Counted from the first letter of the stretch, positions 1 through 12,367 are shown. The stretch: DNA of 64,000 nt from Octopus sinensis (GCF_006345805.1 NC_043022.1:5952001-6016000); one strand, 5' to 3'. Translations and numbers: made by a program. The notes: a model not told the origin generated them from the sequence alone.

Positions 1-194
1 TTGGGCCAGGATGTATTTCATGCTAACAGAATACTTCCTTTCTGCGAAAGCATCATTTCTTTTGAATAATTACAAAACTTGCATCCTGTGCCAGGAGATA
101 CGATACGCTGGGATTCCGCATCATCAGAACGCCACCACACCTAATGTATACTGCCATATCCTGACTACTAAGACATCACTTCTACCATTTCTCC

Positions 195-384
195 ACACAC
201 ACACACACACACACACACTTATATATATATATATAATATATATATATATATATTATATATATATAATATATCTATATATATTTATATATATATATATTTA
301 TATTATTATATATTATATATATATAGATATTATATTATATATATATATTTATATATTATATATATTTATATATATATTATTTTT

Positions 385-416
<32 letters not shown>

Positions 417-597
417 TATTATATATATATATTTTATATTATATATATTTCTATATATATATATTATTTATATATATATATATTTATATCTATATATATA
501 TATTTAATATATATATATATTTTATTATATATACTATATTTATATATATTATATATATATATATATTATATATTATATTATATATTATATATATATT

Positions 598-632
<35 letters not shown>

Positions 633-686
633 ATATATATATTATATACTATATATTATAGTATTTATATATCTATATATATATTT

Positions 687-718
<32 letters not shown>

Positions 719-769
719 GATATATATATAGATTTATATATATATATATATAATATTTTATATCTATAG

Positions 770-821
<52 letters not shown>

Positions 822-870
822 ATATTTATATATATATAATATATATATATTTATATATATATACATCCAT
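195..870. repeat. (CA)n followed by long degenerate (TA)n microsatellite
   Basis: Directly visible; explains the I/Y-rich ORF 11..661. Confidence 0.97.
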
Positions 871-1909
871 AAACACGCTTATGTGGGTGTGTGTGTAACT
901 ACACACTAAATGTTTTACTATATTAATCAAATCCCACATAATCTCTCATCTCTTGCTTTCTGTCACTGCAAGCAGATGTGTCTCTTTCCATCATGATTCA
1001 CTTCCAGTATCTCGTATGTATGTATGTATGTATGTACATAGGTAGATAGGCATCTAGGACCGTAGGAAGGTATATATTTATATATGTGTGTGTGTTGTGT
1101 GCATATGTGAAAATATATATTATGTATAGCTTTGTCAGCATACGTATGTGTGTGTGTGTGTATTGTCTTAAAAGTAACAAGATAAGTCACTTAATAGTTA
1201 CAGAAATTGTATGTTTGCGGATGTGTTGGGCATATAGTAATATATATATAATGTGTGTGTGTGTCTATACATATATATATGCATATATGTCTATACACAC
1301 ATATATATGTTTATATATATGTATATATACATGTGTGTGTGTCTATATGTTTGTGCATAAGTGTGCTATTATGTTTGTGTGTAAGTGTGCTATTGTGTGT
1401 GTGTGTGTGTGTGTCTGTGTGTGTGTGTGTGTGTCCTGAATGTGTTGGTATGTATGAAGAGCATAACGTTTGGATGCTTTATTTCTAATCCATTTAATTT
1501 CCTCCCTTCACCAAAGCCGGGGCCAGGCTCCCCTCAAGGAAGAAATGTTCTTTTAGTCAAATTCAGAAACAGAAACTCTTAACCACAATTTCCACAACAA
1601 TCTATTCTTGTGAATTTGTTAAAAGTTTGACATATTTTTAGTCTTCCTTACAGGATTGCAGTTGGAGAACTGACATAAAATGGGGGTTGGAGGGGGGGGT
1701 CTTTACTTCGAGCCCGAAATTCCTGAATTTTCTGAGTTTTTGTTTTAACATTTAGTGTGTGTGTGTAGTATGTGTGTGCATTCTTTGAATTTCCCAAATA
1801 AGAGAACTCCTGGTGGCTAACTACCAATGTTCTCTCGTAATTTAAACATCAACGGGATAGAATAACATCATCCTGATTTTGGAATTGGCTTACCATTCCA
1901 TTTGGATGT

Positions 1910-2186
1910 TGTCTATGTGTATACATACATACATACATATATATATATAATATATATATATATGATATATATTATATGATATACATCATTACTTATATAT
2001 ATATATCTAATATATATATATATATAATGTACATACATACATATATAGATATGCATACAAATACATAATTTTAATGGAACTATATATATATATATATAAA
2101 CATATATATATTTATGTATATATAAATATATATATATACATGCATACACACTCACAACACACATTCTCTCTTTTCCTCTCTCTCTC

Positions 2187-2220
<34 letters not shown>

Positions 2221-2225
2221 ATAAT
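1910..2225. repeat. Compound (TA)n/(CATA)n/(GT)n microsatellite
   Basis: Directly visible. Confidence 0.9.
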
Positions 2226-2783
2226 GTACGTGCATTTAAGTATGGGGCGAGAGGAATGTTGCAAGAATCACACAGAGAGAATCGTTTGAGCTAAACATAA
2301 TGTCCTGAGTGATTTATTGGCAAAATTTGGTCAGTCGTCCACATTGTAAGAGTGTCTACTGCATTGCATGGGAATTGTCATCTGGTTGTGGCGGACATTT
2401 CCACAGAAGTAGGGGCTGTGCAAAACCTTTGTGCCACATGATTTTACAAGATCAATATGAAAGCCATCTCATGTTGTTTTGTGTTTTGAGAGACGAGCAA
2501 TGAGAGAAACACATGACCATCAGGGAAGGAGGTGATTGGTTGAATACTGATGAGGACTTGCTGAGAAGTTGCTGTAAGAGGGGGCATGACCCTTGGGAAC
2601 AGGAAGGGCAAGTGCAACCCCTAAAATTTTTGGTGGGTGCAAAATTAAAATTTGTATCCCTACTTTTTTCTCATGTTTAGAAAACAGGGAATAAAGAGGG
2701 ATCTGTAAAAAGTAGCTCAGAGTTAGGTTTCTTCTCAAAGAAGATAAAAAAAAAGAAAACAATAAGACCAGGTTTATATAAAA

Positions 2784-3181
2784 CTAGCAGCATATCCCGG
2801 CGTTGCCCGGTATGTAAGAGCCCCTAGTAGGCAACAACTAATCCCAATCTAGTTCTTCCCTCTAGGGAACGAAGGCGCATGTGTAGGTTGCAATGTCTTC
2901 TCTTCACTCGAATACTTCTATGTATACGATGTTCCTAGCTGTCTCCCGACAGAAAATGTGTTGCATATAAAAAGCTTAGATTCTCGACCACATGTCGACT
3001 TTATCAATTTTTTTCAGAACTGGAGGAACTTTTCAAAATTTTCGCTGCGTTAGTTTTGAATTATGACATTGGGCTATGTGTGTGTCAAGTTTCATCAGAA
3101 TCGGTTGAAAGCCGTGGTCAGGGTGAGGGTACAACCTGACAGACACACAGACAGACAAACTGCCGTTTATATAGAGAGAGA
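2784..3181 (-). mobile_element. Non-autonomous Helitron (about 400 bp)
   Basis: Minus strand starts TC (TCTCTCTCTATATAAAC) and ends CTAG (2787-2784). An imperfect CCGG hairpin (2796-2810) lies just inside the 3' end. Inserted between A and T with no TSD; (CAGA)n tract near the 5' end. Confidence 0.8.
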
Positions 3182-3469
3182 TTTTGGGGCAGAATTTGTA
3201 TCCCTAATTCAATTTCGTTCCCGAGACAGTGACAGAGAGTGAGAACTTGGATGTAGGATTATTGTGTTGGGATTGAAACATTGAAATAATAAGGGTGGCT
3301 CGGATCAGGTTCTCATTCCTGAGACAAAAAGATAAACTCATCAAATTAGTTCAGATTTGAAGGTGATATTAACCATCTTTTATGACTGGAATGGCATCGT
3401 TCTTCCTAAACTTGTTTAGTGCGATCAGACGATCAAGAAAGAGGTTTAGTCATAAATCAGGGGTTTTTT

Positions 3470-3501
<32 letters not shown>

Positions 3502-4615
3502 CAGGGCAAAGAGCAAGGCTTGGCATTTAATGGACAAACAAAACCTTGATGCTAAGGCACATTGGTCAGTGGTCAGAGCATCAGGCTCTAACCACTTGTT
3601 CGAAAATATAAGGACACAGATCGTATCGTGTAGCCAGCTGGAGATGACGTCTCCTGGGGCTAAATTACAGCAACATTCGTCCTAAACCAGGACTGCCATG
3701 TTATGTTGGCAAACAATCTTTACTACAATGCGTGATTAGTTCAAAACAATGTGAGTAAATAAGCATTGCTTTTGAAAAAGTAATCTGAATAACTTGACTG
3801 TTATTTTTTTTTTTTGTGCAGATGACGTCACTAGGTAATTTCCATGCAGACATCTTGCTTTTTCACTCTGGCATTCCATTTAGATAGAAAATAGAAAAAT
3901 AACATTTTCATTCCACTGTTAAGTAATTGGTAACCATTATCTATTAATGCTAGAATATAAATTTAAGAAACCCCAGGTAACATTCCACAGCCATATAGAA
4001 AACTGGAGATTTATCAACAACAACAGCAGCAATAAACTGTTCTGGCTCCTCGTCTTCATCAGAGTGTGACTGTGTTTGGGTTAGAAGTGGGGGGAACCCA
4101 TAAAGAATCAACAGACAAAACAGGAATTATAGATTCTTAGAAGACAGTAAAAGAGAGATTCAAAAGCATATTGTAGATTATCAGATTATCTTGACATTTC
4201 TGAAAACGGCAGCGACGGCGGCGGCAGCGGCAGATGTATGAGAGCCGAATGGTATCTGTGGTGGAGAAAATGACACTGGGGAAGTAGATATGTATTAGAG
4301 CCTAACATGGAACAGCTGTTTCATGTGAATTAGATGAGATATTGGCCGATTGTGTGCTGGGGCTTTCCGTGTGCGGGTGGGTGGGTGTGTGTATGGGGGG
4401 TACATTAATGCAGAGCTACATGTAGATATACTCTCACTGTCACACTCACACACACACACGCAGATATAGTACACTTACAGATATATTTATGAGAAGCATT
4501 CCAAGAGCTAACATCAAAATTTACAAGTACACTACAACCGAAATAGATAAACCAACACAAAACAGGGGACAACATGATGTATCCCCCACCACACACACAT
4601 ATATACAATGAAAAC

Positions 4616-4847
4616 GGCGGCGCGCTGGCTGAAACGTTAGCGCGCCGGGCGAAATGCTTCGCGGTATTTCGTCTGTCGTTACGTTCTGAGTTCAAATTCC
4701 GCCGAGGTCGACTTTGCCTTTCATCCTTTCAGGGTCGATAAATAAAGTACCAGTTTCGCACTGGGGTCGATATTATCGACTTAATCCGTTTGTCTGTCCT
4801 TGTTTGTTCCTTCTATGTTTAGCCCCTTGTGGGCAGTAAAGAAATAT
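4616..4847 (+). mobile_element. tRNA-derived SINE, family A
   Basis: A-box-like TGGCTGAAACGTT, B-box GTTCAAATTCC, body GTCGACTTTGCCTTTCATCC...GTACCAG; 15-bp TSD ATATACAATGAAAAC (4601-4615 and 4848-4862). Confidence 0.9.
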
Positions 4848-5303
4848 ATATACAATGAAAACAAAAGAACAAAAACAAACAAACATGGCAATCATCATCA
4901 TCATCATCATCATCATCATTGTTGTCATCGTTTGTTTGCCATAGCAGACAGCTATACATCTTTTCTTTTACTCATTGCAAATTTCATCACCCTCTCTGGA
5001 GTCTGATGGTCAGGTGGTTAGTTCCATGGCCAATGGCAAGATCTGAATCCCTCAGTAGGATTTGAACTCACACACACAGTATCTTGTTTGATAGTCAAAC
5101 AATTCTTTCAATTTACTCCCTCCCCCACCACCACCACCGCTCTCTTAGCTTTGGCTGTATCCATTGTTCCAATAGAAAGACAAAAGCCAAAAGAATGAGT
5201 AAGACCATCTTAAAACAGGGGAAAAGCTTGTATTTATTTAGTTGTAGTTCTTCAGGGTGTGAGATCAAACCCCATCAAGGCATATTTGCCTCTCCTCCAT
5301 CAA

Positions 5304-5492
5304 TCATCATCATCATCATCATCATAGTTTAACATCCGTTTTCCACGCTAGCACGGGCTGGAGGGTTCGACCGGGGTCTGGGAAGCCAGGGGCTGCACCA
5401 GGCTCCAGCCTGATTTGGCATGGTTTCCTACATCTGGATGCCCTTCCTAACGCCAACCACTCCGCGAGTGTAGTGGGTGCTTTTTACGTGCC
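5304..5492 (-). mobile_element. SINE/LINE 3' end, family B ((GAT)n tail)
   Basis: GGTTGGCGTTAGGAAGGGCATCCAG core and GAT-repeat tail on minus strand; many copies in the window. Confidence 0.85.
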
Positions 5493-5675
5493 AATAAATA
5501 CCAGTCATGTACTGGACACCACTTCTCTGTTTGTTTCACCACCACCACCACCACCCATTGACATGGACATTAATAGTAAATAACTGCTGGTGCTTCCATT
5601 TTGTCTAAATTTCGTGGAACCATTAGCAGTTTGCTGGTCTCTGATGCTTTCACTATTTTCATGTGAAAATGCTAT

Positions 5676-6330
5676 AGGCGCAAGAGTGGCTGTGTGGTAA
5701 GTAGCTTGCTAACCAACCACATGGTTCCGGGCTCAGTCCCACTGCGTGGCATCTTGGGCAAGTGTCTTCTGCTATAGCCCCGGGCCGACCAATGCCATGT
5801 GAGTGGATTTGGTAGACGGAAACTGAAAGAAGCCTGTCGTATATATGTATATATATATATGTATGTGCGTGTGTGTTTGTGTGTCTGTGTTTGTCCCCCT
5901 AGCATTGCTTGACAATCGATGCTGGTGTGTTTATAATAGTAATAATAATAATAATAATAATAATTGTGTACAGTGCTCAGGTGCACTACAACTCATCTAA
6001 AGTGTATATATAATCAGGTGTAGTTTCGACGGATTTCGGGAAGCATGAGGGCCTTAAAGGATGCAGTGTCATGGCAGTCAACAACTGATGCAGGCAGTTT
6101 ATTCCACGCTTCAGCAACCCTGAGCGTGAAAAAATGTTTCCGAAAGTCATGGGAGCTGTGCTGTTTTCTGTTATGTCCTCGTTACTTAGCGCTTCGGCAA
6201 AGGAGACCGATAGAATAAGTACTGGGCTTACAAAAGAATAAGTCCCGGGGTCGAGTTGCTCGACTAAAGGCGGTGCTCCAGCATGGCCGCAGTCAAATGA
6301 CTGAAACAAGTAAAAGAGTAAAGAGTAAGA
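5676..6330 (+). mobile_element. tRNA-derived SINE, family C (CORE-like TTGGGCAAGTG motif), split by a LINE fragment
   Basis: Head GTGGCTGTGTGGTAAG...CAGTCCC, central microsatellite, tail CCAGCATGGCCGCAGTCAAATGACTGAAACAAGTAAAAG. Confidence 0.9.
5935..6170 (-). mobile_element. 5'-truncated CR1/L2-type LINE 3' end
   Basis: Minus frame reads RKQHSSHDFRKHFFTLRVAEAWNKLPASVVDCHDTASFKALM, the CR1-clade FF..RV...WN.LP..V...SFK C-terminus; (ATT)n tail; TTAT duplicated at 5931-5934 and 6171-6174. Confidence 0.85.
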
Positions 6331-6482
6331 GGTCGTTCCATGGAAGCATACTTTGGTATTCGTGCAAGGGTCTTCTAAATGTAGCCCCAGGCTGACCAAA
6401 GGCTTGTGAGAGGATTTGTGTAGACAGAAACTGAAAGAAGCCAATCATGTGTGTATTTATATGTATAGATGTATAAGCAAAT

Positions 6483-6685
6483 GGTCATTATAAGCATTAA
6501 TTAATTAGAGTTCAATTAATCAAATATAATGAAATGAAGCAGATTTTGTTGTTAATGAGGGATTATTCAATTATTCAAATGAACAATTGGATAATCCATC
6601 GTTAACAATAAAATCTGCTTCATTTCATTTCATGACATTTATTGAAATCCATAATCCATTTAATGAATCAGTTCTTATAATGATC
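6483..6685. repeat. Foldback element with 49-bp near-perfect inverted repeat
   Basis: 6528-6576 vs 6581-6629 match at 44/49 with a 4-nt loop; outer 12-bp inverted match 6483-6494 and 6674-6685. Confidence 0.85.
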
Positions 6686-6709
6686 AAATTTTTCATCCAG
6701 ATAAATATA

Positions 6710-6745
<36 letters not shown>

Positions 6746-7345
6746 TGTATGTATGTATGTATGTATGTATGTATGTATGTATGCATGTGTGTATGTGTGT
6801 GTGTATGTATGTATGCCTGTATGTGTGTATGTATGTATGTATGTGTATGTGTGTATGTATGTGTGTTGTATGTGATGTATGCATGTATGTATGTGTGTAT
6901 GTATGTTATGTATGTACGTATGTATGTACGAACGTATGTATGTGTATGTATGTATGTATGTGTGTGTGTGTATGTATGTGCATGTATGTTGTATGTATGT
7001 ATGTATGTATGTATGTATGTGTTTATGTATGCATGTATGTATGTATGTATGCATGTATGTATGTATCATGTATGTATGTAGTATTACGTATGTATGTATG
7101 TATGCATGCATGTATGTATGTATGTGTGTATGTATGCATGTATGTATGTACGTATGTATGTATGTATGTACGTATGTATGTATGTATGTATGTATGTACG
7201 TATGTATGTATGTATGCATGCATGTATGTATGTATGTGTGTATGTATGTATGTATGCATGTCTGTTTAGGCATGTATGTATGTATGTATGTATGTATGTA
7301 TGTATGTGTGTATGTATGTATGTACGTATGTATGTATGTATGTCC
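6710..7345. repeat. (ATGT)n microsatellite, about 630 bp
   Basis: Directly visible; explains the MYVC/HTYI ORFs. Confidence 0.97.
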
Positions 7346-7351
7346 TCCTTT

Positions 7352-7756
7352 TTTTTCTTTTTACTTGTTTTAGTCATTTGACTGTGGCCATGCTGGAGCA
7401 CTGCTGTTAGTCAAACAAATTAACCCCAGGACTTATTCTTTGTAAGCCTGGTTCTTAATCTATCAGCCTCTTTTGCTGAACTGCTAAGATATGGAGACAT
7501 AAACACACTAACATCAGTTGTCATGTGATGTTAGGGGGACAAACACAGACGCACAAATACATACATACATACATATATATATATATATATGACAGGCTTC
7601 TTTCAGTTTCCATCTACCAAATCCACTCACAAAGCCTTGGTCAGCCTGAGGCTATATAATAGAAGTCACTACGTCAAGGTGCCATGCAGTGGGACTGAAC
7701 CCGGAACCATGTGATTGGGAAGCAAACTCCTTACCATGCAGCCACTCCTGCGCCTA
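7352..7756 (-). mobile_element. SINE family C
   Basis: Reverse-complement match to other family C copies. Confidence 0.88.
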
Positions 7757-7870
7757 TATGTGTAAATAGTGTGTGTGTGTGTGTGTGTGTGTTAGTAAAA
7801 TCACCTGCGAGTTAACCAGTTTTTTGGGGTCACACTGAGTTGTGTTGATATAATGTAGGATAAATATAGA

Positions 7871-7909
<39 letters not shown>

Positions 7910-7910
7910 C

Positions 7911-8175
7911 ATAATCCTTGATGGAATTTATAAACATTCTAATGCATTGCTATGCATGTTTCTACAAATCCTGTTTCCATATTCTTGAGATGATTATAGT
8001 ACAGTGCGTAGTATCCAGGGACGTCGGATAGATCGTGTTCATGCATTTATTTGGATACTTCGGACTGTATTGTAATCATTCTTGGAATATGGACTATGAT
8101 CCTAAGAAACATGTAATTTGTAGAAACGTATGTAGCAATGCATTAAAATATTTATAAATTTCATCCAAGAATTAT
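7911..8175. repeat. Foldback element, about 60-bp inverted arms
   Basis: 7911-7969 vs 8116-8175 inverted; next to an (AAT)n tract. Confidence 0.75.
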
Positions 8176-8195
8176 TATCATAATTACTATATGTA

Positions 8196-8227
<32 letters not shown>

Positions 8228-9184
8228 TGTGTGTATGAGAGAGAGATCTTAGTAAATGAAGACACAGACAGCCATGTATGAATGAAGACAGCTTATTTAC
8301 TGTCCAGCAGCAAATATTAAAATCTCTCCACGTCTGGACAGTATTTAAGTTACGACAATAGCAAATCCATGTCGAACAAGAGCTTAATCAACAAGCTCCC
8401 CCCCCCCCCCACACACACACACACAAACACTTCCATTCTGTTTCATAACGAGAAGAAATGGTTGAGTCAATATTAACAAACAGTTAATTAATGACTTGAA
8501 ACGAGGACAAATCTTTCTTTACACATTTTAGTTAATACCTAGAATGTATTTTATTCAGTGTTAACCATTAAAGCAGCCATCAATATCACGAACAGCTAAC
8601 GTTGCCATGTAACTCTGAGCGCACATCTGTGTGTATGTGTGTGTGTCTGTGTGTGTGTCTGTGTGTGTGTCTGTGTGTGTGTGTGGTTGATTTTGTCTTT
8701 GCGCAGAACTTGCAGCTTGCCTCCAGGATACGACATATTGTATATAACTGGTCGAGTGTACTTAACACCCAAGCAATTTGTTAAAAATAATAAAATTTCA
8801 GCAAACTAAACAAATTATATTTTTTGCTTTGTCAGCCTTGATTAATAAACGCAAAAAAGAAAAGAAAGAAAAAACACAAAAAAAAAAACAAACGTAAAAA
8901 AAGCCGTCAACACGTTGTGTCAATAATTAGTGAAATGCAAAGACAGACATTATAACGAGCGAGTGGGATGCAGGCAGTGGCTTATGTGATTAATAAGTTT
9001 ACTTTGTAAGTAGGTGGTTTTCGGTTCAATCCCACTCCATGACAGCGTCTTCTGTCATAGTCTCATGGTAATGGAAAGCATTGTAAGTGGGTAGAGGAAA
9101 ACTGTGACACCCTGCCTGGGGGCCTGGGTAGGCTGCCGCAGTTGGTCTTGAGTGGCAGACCCAATCCATTCCCCTATCTAACAC

Positions 9185-9432
9185 TACCATCCCCATCATC
9201 ATCAGCATCATTGTCACCATCACCACCACCATCAACATAACATCATCATCATCATTAACATCATCATTACCACCACCACCGTCATCGTCATCATCATCAT
9301 CATCATCATCATCATCACCACCACCACCACCATCGTCATCATCATCATCATCACCACCACCACCATCGCAATCATCATCATCTTCGTAATCGCCAAAATC
9401 ATCATCACCACCACCACCACCACCACCACCAT
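9185..9432. repeat. (CAT/CAC)n trinucleotide repeat
   Basis: Directly visible; explains the poly-D/G/M ORFs. Confidence 0.95.
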
Positions 9433-9986
9433 CTGACCACTGAGTGTTTCTATATGAAGTCTTCTCTGTTGCAAGCACTCAATCCAGGTGTCCTGTCTAA
9501 GCAAGATTTCTCCCCTTTCCTTCCTTCTTAGATCTGGCCAACCTCATTAACGGGGACAAAACCCAGATTTAAAACACTGGATAATGATGATGATGATGAT
9601 ACACAAACAACACACTGGTTTCTGCACTGTTTCTGTTTACTTAATTCCGGTCACAAGGCATTGGTCAACTCAAAGCATTGGCAAAAGACACTTGCATGAA
9701 GGTGCTGAGCTGTTGGATTGAACCCAGAACCATGTAGTTGTTAACCGAATATCTTAACTGCACAGCCATGTCTGAACTACAAGGAAACAGACTTGGATTT
9801 AGTTGAGTATATTTGACTGAAGTTGGCCAGAGATGTATCTGTACTCGTTCTGAGTACACCTCTGGTAATTATTCAAAGAACCTAACTCTGAGGATATATT
9901 TCATACTTATCCCAAGTAGATATCTGATACTAATTCTAGGCACATATGGTACTTTTTCCAAGTACATATCTGGCATTTATTGTAAG

Positions 9987-10215
9987 TACAAGGAGGTGGC
10001 TGAAAAGTTCTTGGCTTTAAGGGTGTCACGAAAGGCCTGGCTGGAGGCCCAACCTTCCGAGTTCTTTTACAGGGCTTAGAAAAAACTGAAGGGCCACTGC
10101 AATAAGTGTGTGAATCTGAGAGGGAAACATGTTGAATAAAACCATAATTAACTGATCCTCCTGTAGGTTCTTTAACTGAAAGCCAGGAACTTTTCAGCGC
10201 CCCCCCCCCCTCATA
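9987..10215 (+). mobile_element. Tc1/mariner MITE (deletion derivative)
   Basis: TA ends; TIRs GCTGAAAAGTTCTTGGCTTT / AAAGCCAGGAACTTTTCAGC; interior encodes the mariner-like C-terminus KCVNLRGKHVE*. Confidence 0.85.
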
Positions 10216-10626
10216 CATACCTGGCATTTTATCAATCTCTGCTTGATGAAAGGTAAAGTCAACTGTCATCTCATTTAGATGTTGACCACCAAAATTAAAT
10301 CCTGCCGACTCATTATATTTCCTTGCCTCTACAAATTCTTTAACTCTTTTCATACCAACCTACCTTATACAGTTTCTGGTTTTATCAAAGAAATGCTCAT
10401 ATAGCTAGTATTTGTGCTGCCTAAAATGGTCCTAGAATTTGTTGCCCTTCCCCATGAAGAATATCTTATAATGCATACAATTACCACCCAGGGTGAACTA
10501 CACTACTTCATTCCACTTCACCCTTTTTAGCTATGCTATTGGATATGAAACCTCCTTGTTTTAAAATTATCATCATTCTTCTTCTTCTTATTATTATTAT
10601 TATTATTATTTAAAATTATCATCATT

Positions 10627-10699
<73 letters not shown>

Positions 10700-10825
10700 C
10701 ATACTCATGTGTTGTGTGTGTAAAACTTACCTTTTGAAAATATACATTAATATATTTTCAGTAAAACTATTTATATGAAAACATTTGTTATGTTAAAATA
10801 TATTTGGTTATTTTTTACTTTTATA

Positions 10826-10861
<36 letters not shown>

Positions 10862-11110
10862 ATATGTATATATATATATATATATATATAAAAATATGGG
10901 GAAAAATACTTAGCTCTTATGTTTAAAAGAACAAAATCTTGTTTTGTTCAAATAAAAAAAATATGTATTTGTATTAAAATTTAGCACATTTTCAACCCTT
11001 TCTCAATATTTTTCGTGTGTGCGTTTGTGGATTTTGGGGTTAGAAGGTTGTTTGCTGTGACCAGCTATAACAAACAACCTTCTAAACATTACGACTTCAG
11101 TGCTTTAGAG

Positions 11111-11241
11111 TAGTGGTACCCAAAGCAGGTGTTATTGGCCCCTTGGGAGCAGTGGAAAGACCCAGTGAGTGGGTGGGAGAGGCATTGAGGAAAAGCAGGA
11201 TAATAATGGGGTGGCAGGCAGAAAAGGTTTGGGAACTACTG
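11111..11241. mobile_element. hAT (Charlie-like) MITE
   Basis: TIRs TAGTGGTACCCAAA / TTTGGGAACTACTG; 8-bp flanks CTTTAGAG and ATTTAGAA (6/8 match). Confidence 0.65.
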
Positions 11242-12230
11242 ATTTAGAATGTGCCCCTTTTTGAATATATGAAACACTGACGATATATACATGCATCAAT
11301 AGGTCATCTGTTAGATACGTAATCATCAAGGTATTATCTCACCTGTTTATACCTGTTGAAAATTTTACCTGCAAATGATGGTAGATTATAGGCTATGATG
11401 TAATCTATAAATACATCAACAATATTCTCTCGAAACAGTTGTGGTAAATTTTAAATCCAGTTTGTTTTCAAGCATGCAATTGTGTATGTGTGCATGTGTG
11501 TGTAAAAAGGTTAAGGTTGAAGACTCCCTTTGGTCATGAATGACCATGGGATTGCATCTAGAAAGTTCCCCTCTAAGGCACAAGTCCAGGCAAGGTTGTT
11601 CATGGAAGACCAGCAGTCGCCCATGCATACCAACCTCTCTTCTCCACGCCACTTATGTAATCTAGGAGGGGAATATGTTGAATGAAATCATAATTAACCA
11701 ATCTTCTTGTATTTTCTTTTACTCAAAGCCAGGAACTTTTCAGCGATCCCTCATACATGTCATATGGTCATGGCAGATGAAGAGGCATCTCACAGGGACT
11801 AAATGGGGCTCTGCCAGACTCTGGCACCCAGGAGGAGGAGGAGCTAGGATTATATCGAGACATGGTGAATGCAGGAACTTGCTGCAACAGTACATTCCCC
11901 CACATCTGACCTAACCTGACAATAATCACCATCATAGATATCAGGGTGGGGGTATGAACAACACACAGGTGTGACATGGAGAAGAATAAATAAATCAAAG
12001 CCAAGTTAAACTGTTCAATAAGTAATCTTCCCTGTGGCACATATATTGATCTTTTAGGTTGGGTACTGGTGGGTGGGTGTCTATTATTGATATAGCTGTT
12101 GGTTCACGATCGGGGTGGGGGGGGCTGCGTTAACAAAATATTTGACTGACATAAATATTCACGCAAATATTTGTTTTAATTATTTGTTTTACATTTTTTT
12201 TTGTTTTGTTTTGTTTCGTTAATCAATCAG

Positions 12231-12367
12231 CCTAACGATTACTTTTCCTTGTTTACTTTTTCAGGTGAGTCTTTTTTCTTTAATCAATTAACACTTCCTG
12301 CAACAGCTTGAGGGAGGAGGGTTTTTAGGTGGTCCTCACCTCGCACAGCACCTCGTTAAAGGTATGT
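12231..12367 (+). other. Candidate recursive splice site with 97-nt RS-exon (12265-12361)
   Basis: Branch point CTAAC 12232-12236, AG-free pyrimidine tract, CAG|GTGAGT at 12264/12265, second donor AAG|GTATGT at 12361/12362. Confidence 0.5.

Noticed and set aside
11-661. 216-aa ORF and the many I/Y, MYVC, HT, poly-D/G/H ORFs (e.g. 6587-7401, 9026-9504, 31674-32210, 44115-44754, 47518-48074, 57767-58727, 62272-62528)
   Set aside because: Translations of microsatellites; low complexity, no domain signal
2657-3205. AATTTGTATCCCTA repeated on both sides of the Helitron as a TSD
   Set aside because: Not adjacent to the element ends, and Helitrons do not make TSDs
5672-5986. Recurrent ORFs ...RHLPKMPRSGTEPGTMWLVSKLLTTQP (also 25596, 39580, 46902, 60885)
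   Set aside because: Antisense translation of SINE family C, not a gene family
9907-10353. 148-aa ORF with plausible composition
   Set aside because: Mostly antisense reading of a mariner MITE plus flanks; no recognisable domain
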